64,000 nt of DNA, from the NCBI GenBank assembly GCA_002477545.1, contig DLQJ01000007.1, positions 19,942 through 83,941 of the forward strand, written 5' to 3'. The notes beneath the pieces were generated by a model that saw only the letters and a list, made by a program, of their open reading frames with translations, had not been told where the DNA came from and searched no databases. Made by a program: the position numbers and the translations under genes. Below are positions 39,130 through 46,916 of this stretch, in pieces. The DNA comes from Patescibacteria group bacterium UBA7435 (GTDB lineage: Bacteria; Patescibacteriota; Minisyncoccia; Phycocordibacterales; UBA918). How positions within the stretch are numbered: position 1 is the stretch's first letter; each line of letters opens with the position of its first letter.

Positions 39130-40038
39130 ATGATTCAGCGATTTACACAAAAAAAACTCACCTGGTTGGATGTACTAAATCCAACTACTGAAGATATACG
39201 TGAAATTGCTGCTGAAGCAGGAATCCCCTCAGAATTTACCAATGACCTTACGGTAACCATTCCTCATAATGAGGTCTTCCATGTAAAAGGAGCGCTTAAA
39301 ATCACACTTGATTTTCCTATTGTAAAACGTACGGACATCAACCATCCTCATGAAATCAAATTTATTGTCACAAAGACTCACTTAGTCACTATCCGTTTTG
39401 AGGATATTGAGTCTATTCACCGCTTTGGAAAAGAATTTGAGGTTCTATGTATGCTTAATAACAAACAAGTAACACAACCTATTAATTTGTTTATTACCCT
39501 CCTGAATTACCTATACGATGCAATGTATTTAAAGCTCGATTATCTGGAAACAAAGATGCGTGACATCGAGGAAGAAATATTTAACGAACATGAGCGTGAG
39601 ATGGTATTTGAAATATCGAGTGTGAGCCGTCGCCTAATTACCTTTAAACAAACAATTTCAGCACACGAAAACGCCTTAATGCGTTTGCGCGGCTCTGTCG
39701 GTTTTGCATTTGGTAAGAAATACGAAGAACGTATAAATGAGCTTGAGCATCATTTCCGTAATCTCAATCGACAAGTCTATGCGCTTTCAAGCACACTTGA
39801 TGACCTTCGTGATACCAACATGGCTCTGCTTTCAACAAAACAAAACGAAACCATGAAGATTTTTACCATCCTCGCCTTCATTACCTTTCCACTTACCCTA
39901 TTCACCTCGATGTTTGGCATGAACACCGTTACTACACCGATTGTTGGCCAAGAAGGAGACTTTTGGATTATCTTAAGTGTCATGGCTATTGTTTCTGTTT
40001 TCTTCTTTGTGTTTTTCAAGTATAAGAAATGGATCTAA
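39130..40038 (+). CDS. corA: CorA family Mg2+ transporter
   Basis: NETMKIFT, FGMN, two C-terminal TM helices, KKWI. Confidence 0.9.
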   Translation: MIQRFTQKKLTWLDVLNPTTEDIREIAAEAGIPSEFTNDLTVTIPHNEVFHVKGALKITLDFPIVKRTDINHPHEIKFIVTKTHLVTIRFEDIESIHRFGKEFEVLCMLNNKQVTQPINLFITLLNYLYDAMYLKLDYLETKMRDIEEEIFNEHEREMVFEISSVSRRLITFKQTISAHENALMRLRGSVGFAFGKKYEERINELEHHFRNLNRQVYALSSTLDDLRDTNMALLSTKQNETMKIFTILAFITFPLTLFTSMFGMNTVTTPIVGQEGDFWIILSVMAIVSVFFFVFFKYKKWI

Positions 40039-40080
40039 AGTGGTTGGCACCACTTTAGATCTGATCCGAGGGCGAGCGAA

Positions 40081-40209
40081 GCTCCAGCGATTTGCCCTAG
40101 GAAGGAAAAAATCGGGACATCAATTCACAGTAGTTAAGCAAACTAAGAAGCGCAGCGACTATAGTTTTCTTATGTCAGAACCTGTTCTGTCCTTGGGCAG
40201 ATTCTGACC
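40081..40209. repeat. Pair of related ~55-nt intergenic repeat units (divergent)
   Basis: Shares AGCGCAGCGACTAT..hairpin and TCCTARGGCAAATCGCTGGA with 43867-44008. Confidence 0.7.
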
Positions 40210-40364
40210 ACTACGTTCCTTTCTTCATTTAATTTTCTGATCTTTAGGAGGAAATGGTGGGGCGCAGTTTGTATTTCTAACCCTTGTGCTACATAATAAC
40301 TCTTTCGCATAAAATTCACCTGAGTCACATTTGATCCCTCGCATCCATCTGCTACACTACATCA

Positions 40365-41819
40365 ATGTTTAACCTCTTTAAATCAGAGAAGGATTCTAGT
40401 GCACTCTTTCCTCCTGTTACGCTTTTTAATAGTGAATCACGCGAAACCGAAACGTTTGAACCACTTTCAAAAAAGGAAGTGCGCGTATACTCATGCGGGC
40501 CAACTGTCTACGACTACGCACACATCGGTAACCTTCGTGCATACACGTTCTCTGACATACTTAAGCGAACGCTTCTGTACAATGGATACAACGTAAACCA
40601 CACGATCAACTACACTGACTTTGGTCACCTTGTGTCTGACGCTGACGAGGGTGAGGACAAAATGATGAAGGGCTTGAAACGTGAGAATATGGAAGTATCC
40701 CTTGAGTCTATGCGACTACTCTCTGATAAGTTCATTGCTGCATTTGAAAAAGACATGGAATCACTCAATGTGATCCCTCCAACACAATACGCGCGAGCAA
40801 GTGAGTATGTGACCGAACAGATTAAACTCATTCAAACACTTGAAGAAAAAGGCTATACATACAAAACCTCAGACGGCGTGTACTTTGATATTTCAAAATT
40901 CCCTACCTATGGACGCCTTGGTAACATCAACGTAGAAGAACTTCGTGGTGGTGCACGTGTAGAAGAAAATTCAGAAAAGAAACATCCTGCAGATTTTGCC
41001 GTTTGGAAGAATGGTGACCTTGGTTGGGACAGCGCGTGGGGTAAAGGTTTCCCAGGATGGCACATTGAGTGTTCTGCCATGGCATTTGCGACACTTGGTA
41101 AACAAATTGATATTCATACTGGAGGCGTAGACAATATGCCAACGCATCACAACGGTGAAATTGCGCAGTGTGAAAGTGCAACAGGAAAACAATTTTCAAA
41201 ATACTGGATGCATAGCGAGCATATTCAAATACAAGATCAAAAAATTGCAAAGTCTGAAGGTAACGGAATTATTCTTAGTGACCTTCTTGAAAAAGGATAC
41301 TCAGGTACTGATTACCGCTACTGGCTACTACAAAGCCATTACCGTTCACAGGTAAACTTTAGCTATGAGGCCTTGGATGCAGCAAAGCAAGGACTCATCC
41401 GTTTGAAGCGTTTAGTGTTTGAAGAATGGAGGGACGAACGAGGAAAAATTAATGAAGAAAAACAGCTCGAGATTGTATCTGCAATCAATAACGATTTAGA
41501 TACTCCAAAAGTGATCGCAATGATGCATGACCTTACTAAAGACGAAACCTTGACCACCGGCGAGCGAAAGGCACTAATCTTGGAATGCGACGCACTGTTA
41601 GGACTTGGATTATCTGACGATCCAGAAGATGGTCTAAGGGCGATGGGACATGTCGCTCTAACCTCGTTGCCCCAAAACATACTCGAGATGATTGACCAAC
41701 GCGAAGCTGCTCGCGTAGCCCGAAACTGGGCAGAGGCAGATCGCTTACGTGACGCACTTTTATTGGCAGGTTACACCGTCGAGGATTCCTCAGAAGGACC
41801 AAAGGTTACCAAGCAATAA
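40365..41819 (+). CDS. cysS: Cysteine--tRNA ligase
   Basis: CGPTVYDYAHIGN, PGWHIECSAM, DIHTGG, SHYRS. Confidence 0.96.
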   Translation: MFNLFKSEKDSSALFPPVTLFNSESRETETFEPLSKKEVRVYSCGPTVYDYAHIGNLRAYTFSDILKRTLLYNGYNVNHTINYTDFGHLVSDADEGEDKMMKGLKRENMEVSLESMRLLSDKFIAAFEKDMESLNVIPPTQYARASEYVTEQIKLIQTLEEKGYTYKTSDGVYFDISKFPTYGRLGNINVEELRGGARVEENSEKKHPADFAVWKNGDLGWDSAWGKGFPGWHIECSAMAFATLGKQIDIHTGGVDNMPTHHNGEIAQCESATGKQFSKYWMHSEHIQIQDQKIAKSEGNGIILSDLLEKGYSGTDYRYWLLQSHYRSQVNFSYEALDAAKQGLIRLKRLVFEEWRDERGKINEEKQLEIVSAINNDLDTPKVIAMMHDLTKDETLTTGERKALILECDALLGLGLSDDPEDGLRAMGHVALTSLPQNILEMIDQREAARVARNWAEADRLRDALLLAGYTVEDSSEGPKVTKQ

Positions 41820-41863
41820 TAGATAAAAGCGGGCCCAGAGGTCCGCTTTTTATCTGTGTAGCT

Positions 41864-42070
41864 CTAGCCATACTCGCCTTTTTTCCAATATAACACACCT
41901 GTTACTCGTCTCACTGTAGGCTTTTGCTTGTAAAAATATTGCAACAACCATACAGTAACAACAAGAATTAGCATTAGTAGGAAAAATACATAAGGTACCG
42001 GGCATTTTTCCCAAGAAATATATGCGCTTGTCAGAGATCCACAGATGATTAATGTAAATCTAATTAACAT
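41864..42070 (-). CDS. Small 2-TM orphan protein
   Basis: GAAAGGA SD; two hydrophobic helices and a basic tail. Confidence 0.55.
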   Translation of the reverse strand: MLIRFTLIICGSLTSAYISWEKCPVPYVFFLLMLILVVTVWLLQYFYKQKPTVRRVTGVLYWKKGEYG

Positions 42071-42449
42071 TGTTTTGTCCTTTCTTCTATATTCTCACTA
42101 TACACCCAGCATAAGCACTTATCATCTGTATTTTTAAAAAACAGTGGATTACTAAACAAAAACAAAAGCGGACCTGTGGCCCGCTTTTTTGAATCAGAAT
42201 GTCCACCAACCGGAGTTCTGCTCATTTTTCTTTCGCTCTGTTCGTTGTTTTTTCCACACAAGAAAGAGCAAATATGCAACAAATGGAAATATTGATAAAA
42301 CGAAAATCCAAGATAAGAATTGATTCACTACTACCCCCCCCTTTTTTTAGGTTATTGTATCTCTATAAGAAATAATACACATATTTTCCACAAAATCCAT
42401 ACAATAGTCGATTCTCAAATACATGGTAAAATAGCTTCATAATAAATTT

Positions 42450-43856
42450 ATGGCTGACACATCCAAACCATTGGCTCGAAGCCTCCGTACACCGCCTCAC
42501 AATATTGAAGCTGAAAAAGCGCTTATTGGTGCAATCATGCTCAAACCTGAGGTAATGCATGATGTGTCAGTGAATATTTATCCTGAGAGTTTCTATGCTG
42601 ATAAACACAGTCAGATCTTTCAAGCGATTCTTACCATCTTTACCAAAGGTGATCCTATCGATCTTCTTTCGGTAACCACACGTCTGAAGTCTGAAGGGCA
42701 ACTTGACCGTGTTGGTGGAGCAACATACATTAACGAGCTTGTGGACACTGTACCTGCTGCTGGTAACGCTTCATACTATATGGAGCTCGTGCAAGCAAAA
42801 GCAGTTCTTCGGGGTCTTATTCACGCTGCAGACGAGATTGCTGAGATGAGTTACGCAGATCCTGAAAATCTTGACGAAACACTTGATCAGGCAGAAAAGA
42901 AAGTCTATGGAGTAACCAACTCTACCTCAACAGGAAAATTCAAGACCATCGGTAACTCACTTACCGAAGCCTGGGAACGATTTGAATACCTTAGTGCAAA
43001 CCAAGACGAAAAACGTGGAGTGCCTACAGGTTTCCATGCGCTTGATAATGTACTGGCCGGTTTCCAAAAATCTGACCTTATCATTCTTGCAGCGCGTCCA
43101 TCTATGGGTAAAACAACCTTCGCCTTAGACCTTGCGCGTAATGCAGCACTTGAGTACGGAAAGTCAGTTGGTATCTTTTCATTGGAGATGAGTGATCAAC
43201 AGTTGGTTGACCGTATGCTTGCCGCTGACGCGGGAGTAGACTCATGGAAACTGCGTACCGGTAAACTCAATACTGACGCTGAATTCGAAGCAGTACAAGC
43301 ATCAATGGCTAAGCTTTCTGACGCACGCATTCATATTGATGATCAGCCAGGGACAAACATTCTTAAGATGCGTTCTGCGGCACGGCGATTGAAGAACGAG
43401 CATGGTCTTGATCTTCTTATTGTGGACTACCTCCAACTTATGAGTCCTACCAACTCAAAAGCAAGTGACTCGATGACACAACAGGTGACAGAAATTTCTC
43501 GTGCACTGAAGCTTCTTGCTCGTGAACTTGATGTACCGGTGCTCGCACTCTCACAGCTGTCGCGTGCGGTTGAACAACGTGGTGGAAAGCCGAGATTGTC
43601 AGACCTTCGTGACTCAGGGTCTATTGAGCAGGATGCTGACGTGGTGATGTTTATTCACCGCGAGGACAAAGCAAACAGAGACGTTGAATCAGAACGACCA
43701 AACATCGCAGAAATCATGGTTGAGAAACACCGTAATGGTCCAGTTGGGTCAGCTGAGCTATACTTCGACGGTCAGCATGTACGCTTCCTTAATCTGGACA
43801 CGAACCATTCAAGTAATGCGATAGAGCATGCAACAGCACAGGATGATGACTTCTAA
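42450..43856 (+). CDS. dnaB: Replicative DNA helicase
   Basis: PPHNIEAE, AARPSMGKT, DYLQL, SQLSR, DLRDSGSIEQDAD; no intein. Confidence 0.98.
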   Translation: MADTSKPLARSLRTPPHNIEAEKALIGAIMLKPEVMHDVSVNIYPESFYADKHSQIFQAILTIFTKGDPIDLLSVTTRLKSEGQLDRVGGATYINELVDTVPAAGNASYYMELVQAKAVLRGLIHAADEIAEMSYADPENLDETLDQAEKKVYGVTNSTSTGKFKTIGNSLTEAWERFEYLSANQDEKRGVPTGFHALDNVLAGFQKSDLIILAARPSMGKTTFALDLARNAALEYGKSVGIFSLEMSDQQLVDRMLAADAGVDSWKLRTGKLNTDAEFEAVQASMAKLSDARIHIDDQPGTNILKMRSAARRLKNEHGLDLLIVDYLQLMSPTNSKASDSMTQQVTEISRALKLLARELDVPVLALSQLSRAVEQRGGKPRLSDLRDSGSIEQDADVVMFIHREDKANRDVESERPNIAEIMVEKHRNGPVGSAELYFDGQHVRFLNLDTNHSSNAIEHATAQDDDF

Positions 43857-43866
43857 TGAACAAAGG

Positions 43867-44008
43867 AGCGCAGCGACTATTGTGAATTAATGTCGGAAAT
43901 TGTTCTGCCCTTGGGTAATTTCCGACCTAGTGACATACTGTAAGAACGAAGGGTATATTATGAATTTAGTCCCCAATTTCACCTTTTGTCCTAAGGCAAA
44001 TCGCTGGA
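43867..44008. repeat. Pair of related ~55-nt intergenic repeat units (tandem)
   Basis: Homologous to 40081-40209, with compensatory stem changes. Confidence 0.7.
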
Positions 44009-44083
44009 CCTAACAACTCTCAATTCTCCTCTCGCTCCAATGTAACCACCACAACAACCTAAACAACTTTTTACACCAACAAG

Positions 44084-44701
44084 ATGACAAACCTAGACAA
44101 ACTCATTAAACACTTCGAACGCTTCCCTGGTATTGGAGGCCGACAAGCACGACGCTTTGCGTTTCATGTTCTTACCTTGCCTGATGCTGATGTAACTGAA
44201 ATAGCTGAATTACTGACAAACTTACAATCATCAGTAATTGAGTGTTCACGGTGTCATCGATTCTTTTCAAAAAATGATGGTCCTACTGAGATGTGTTCTA
44301 TCTGCACCGATGGTAACCGAGATCGATCAAAGCTGATGGTAGTCGAGCGCGACACTGACGTACAATCAATCGAGCGGTCAGGTATCTACAACGGCCTCTA
44401 CTTTGTGCTCGGAGGCACTATTCCCCTGCTTGAATCAGCTGAATCAAACAAACTTCGCGGAGGTGCACTGAAGGCTTCTATTGATGCACAGATAACCGAA
44501 GACCTCACAGAAATAATCTTAGGATTCTCAGTAAATCCTGATGGAGAAAATACTGGGCGCTATGTAGAAACATTACTTAAGGAGCATATTGCAGAACATA
44601 ATCTCACCATCACCCAATTAGGACGTGGACTTTCTACCGGAAGTGAACTCGAGTATGCTGACCCCGAGACTATTAAGAACGCTTTGAAGAATAGATCCTG
44701 A
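44084..44701 (+). CDS. recR: Recombination mediator RecR
   Basis: FPGIG..ARR, C4 zinc finger, Toprim, GSELEYAD. Confidence 0.95.
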   Translation: MTNLDKLIKHFERFPGIGGRQARRFAFHVLTLPDADVTEIAELLTNLQSSVIECSRCHRFFSKNDGPTEMCSICTDGNRDRSKLMVVERDTDVQSIERSGIYNGLYFVLGGTIPLLESAESNKLRGGALKASIDAQITEDLTEIILGFSVNPDGENTGRYVETLLKEHIAEHNLTITQLGRGLSTGSELEYADPETIKNALKNRS

Positions 44702-44889
44702 TGTCACAACTGTGATCTCGCAACGACAAACAAAAAACTCCCTTTCGGGAGTTTTTTGTTTCAGCTGTCTGTATTTGATTCAAAATTGCCTTAGCTACGA
44801 ACCATCCAAGGAAAATTGTTCGAGTGCACATGATAGTACGGTGAGAATAATTTTCTGTGAGAGGGTGACGTGGATGAGGTGATTTTAGA

Positions 44890-45213
44890 TTAAATACTTT
44901 CGATTCGTACTCGAGAGTACTTCTGTCGATGCCCAATCTTTCGGTCTCGGTTACTCTTAGCCTTGTATCGAAGGATAGAAATTTTCTTTGCCTTCTTTAG
45001 CTCCATGTATGATGCCGTTACTTTTGCACCTTTTACATGTGGAGTACCAACTGCAGCACTGTTCATGAGCACTTTATCAAACTCAATCTTAGCGCCTTCT
45101 TCGTGCTCACCAAGAAGCTCTACATCAAGAACGTCACCTACAGAAACAATGTATTGTTTTCCGCCAGTTTCGATTACTGCAAAGTCTTCTGTTTTTACTG
45201 CTGTTGTAGTCAT
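44890..45213 (-). CDS. rplU: 50S ribosomal protein L21
   Basis: FAVIETGGKQY, GHRQ; start at MTTTAVK. Confidence 0.95.
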   Translation of the reverse strand: MTTTAVKTEDFAVIETGGKQYIVSVGDVLDVELLGEHEEGAKIEFDKVLMNSAAVGTPHVKGAKVTASYMELKKAKKISILRYKAKSNRDRKIGHRQKYSRVRIESI

Positions 45214-45313
45214 AATGCGCGATATAGTACTAGATATTGTTGCATAATGCAAGAAGATACTGTACGTTTTGTGTAGACGCGCACTAAACATGAATAATTG
45301 ACTGGAGGCATAA

Positions 45314-45655
45314 GTGGATAGAACAAAAGTAATTCTCAACTTTGACAATCACCGTTGGATTGGGCCTAAATTTTTACTTCCCGACATGTGGTTTAATCAA
45401 GACGGAAACCGACTAACTTTCTCGATAAAGGCTTCTGAAACACATCTACAACTTATAAATATTGCATTTGTTCGGCAAATGCATTTATGTGAGGTTGATA
45501 CTGATTCAGCGCCTGAAATCTACAGACCTGCAATCCGCCCGAGTTATCACATAATTACTCGTTTAGATTCAGAACTTGCAAAAAACAAGCTCTGGGTGCG
45601 ACGTAAGAACGTTGCAGTAGACTTACCACTAGGAGCACGCCAAAGCGCGCGATGA
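45314..45655 (+). CDS. Orphan hypothetical protein
   Basis: GGAGG SD before GTG; hairpin at 45660-45685. Confidence 0.5.
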   Translation: MDRTKVILNFDNHRWIGPKFLLPDMWFNQDGNRLTFSIKASETHLQLINIAFVRQMHLCEVDTDSAPEIYRPAIRPSYHIITRLDSELAKNKLWVRRKNVAVDLPLGARQSAR

Positions 45656-45692
45656 ACAAAGCCGCGACCCACTTGGGTCGCGGCTAAAATTT

Positions 45693-46814
45693 TTATTCCT
45701 CAATCTGCGCAGGCTTATCCAATTCCAACTTCTCTACCCCAATGCTGTCCCCAGAAATCTTCGTCACATCCTTATCAATCTTTCCTAACTCTTTCTGCGC
45801 AGCATTGTAGTGGTTTACCGTTGTTCCCAGTGTATTTCCCAACTTCTCGAAGTACTCATTGTACGCTGAAAGATGTCGGGTTAGCTTCTCTACATTCTTT
45901 TGAATTTCTTTTGCTGACTCCTCTACCTTAAACGCACGGAATCCATACAATACCGATTGCAGATACGCAGCAAATGTTGTTGGAGAAACAATGATCACGT
46001 TCTTGTCTTTATACGCGTAATCAATAAGTGATCGTGTGTTTACTTTTACTGATCCAACTTCATTTACCAACAAGTCATAATAGATTGCTTCAGCCGGAAT
46101 ATACATAAACGCAAATGGTAGCGTGCCATCCTTCGGACGGATGTATTTTGCTGTTTCATCAATACGCTTCTTTAGATCATTCTTGAACTCCTTCTCTAGC
46201 GCTTCACGCTTAGAGTCATCAGTCTCCTCAACCAACCGCCGATAGTTATCAAGCGAGAACTTCGCATCTACAGGAATCAATCCATCTTTGGTAATAATCG
46301 CTGCATCTACCGCTTCACCTCCTGGAAATTGATATTGCAGTTTGTAGCCAGTTGCAGGCAGAATATTTTCAAGAGCAAGCAGAAGTGAGGCTTCTCCAAG
46401 GTTTCCACGTTGTTTTTGGTGTTTCAACACCTTCTCAAGACTTTGTAACTGTTCAGCAACCGTAAACACCTGTTTTGAGCTCTCAGACACCTCAGAAACA
46501 CTCTTTTGTACATTCAGCAGCTTTGCACCCACACTCTCTTGTATGGACTGAATTTGGGCATTCACGTCCCTATTTATCTCCTGAATAAGCTCCTTACTCT
46601 CCTTAAACTGCACGCGAGCATTATTCTGCATTTGTGCACTACTCTCCCCCATTCGTTCGTGCATCGTTCGATTAAGTTCTTGAAGCTGTTGTTGCATCAG
46701 TAACATACTCTTATCGTCTGTTTTATCTTCCTCTTTCTTAAAAAATGAGTTGTACACCAATATAGCTAACACTGCAACAAGGAGCAGGAGCACCGCAATC
46801 TGAATTATTTCCAT
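45693..46814 (-). CDS. rmuC: DNA recombination protein RmuC
   Basis: KQRGNLGE, VDAKF, KYIRP, FAFMYIPAE, VSPTT. Confidence 0.93.
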   Translation of the reverse strand: MEIIQIAVLLLLVAVLAILVYNSFFKKEEDKTDDKSMLLMQQQLQELNRTMHERMGESSAQMQNNARVQFKESKELIQEINRDVNAQIQSIQESVGAKLLNVQKSVSEVSESSKQVFTVAEQLQSLEKVLKHQKQRGNLGEASLLLALENILPATGYKLQYQFPGGEAVDAAIITKDGLIPVDAKFSLDNYRRLVEETDDSKREALEKEFKNDLKKRIDETAKYIRPKDGTLPFAFMYIPAEAIYYDLLVNEVGSVKVNTRSLIDYAYKDKNVIIVSPTTFAAYLQSVLYGFRAFKVEESAKEIQKNVEKLTRHLSAYNEYFEKLGNTLGTTVNHYNAAQKELGKIDKDVTKISGDSIGVEKLELDKPAQIEE

Positions 46815-46848
46815 AGTCCGACTATTTTACCACGTAATGAAAAACACA

Positions 46849-46912
46849 AAAATGTGTGTAAGGGTAGTCCTTACACAACATATTGTGTAAGGACTACCCT
46901 TACACACATTTT
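46849..46912. repeat. Perfect 30-bp inverted repeat built from two REP-like palindromes
   Basis: AAAATGTGTGTAAGGGTAGTCCTTACACAA-CATA-TTGTGTAAGGACTACCCTTACACACATTTT. Confidence 0.85.
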
Positions 46913-46916
46913 CGCC

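Noticed and set aside
40246-40270. GGTGGGGCGCAG upstream of cysS as a second T-box
   Set aside because: Lacks the GGTGGNACCGCG consensus and a terminator/antiterminator pair; cysS appears leaderless from its own -10 box.
42333-42348. C8-T7 homopolymer run upstream of dnaB as a phase-variation tract
   Set aside because: Short, not clearly within a promoter spacer or CDS, and no supporting evidence.
42450-43856. Possible intein in dnaB
   Set aside because: 468 aa with contiguous motifs; no insertion.
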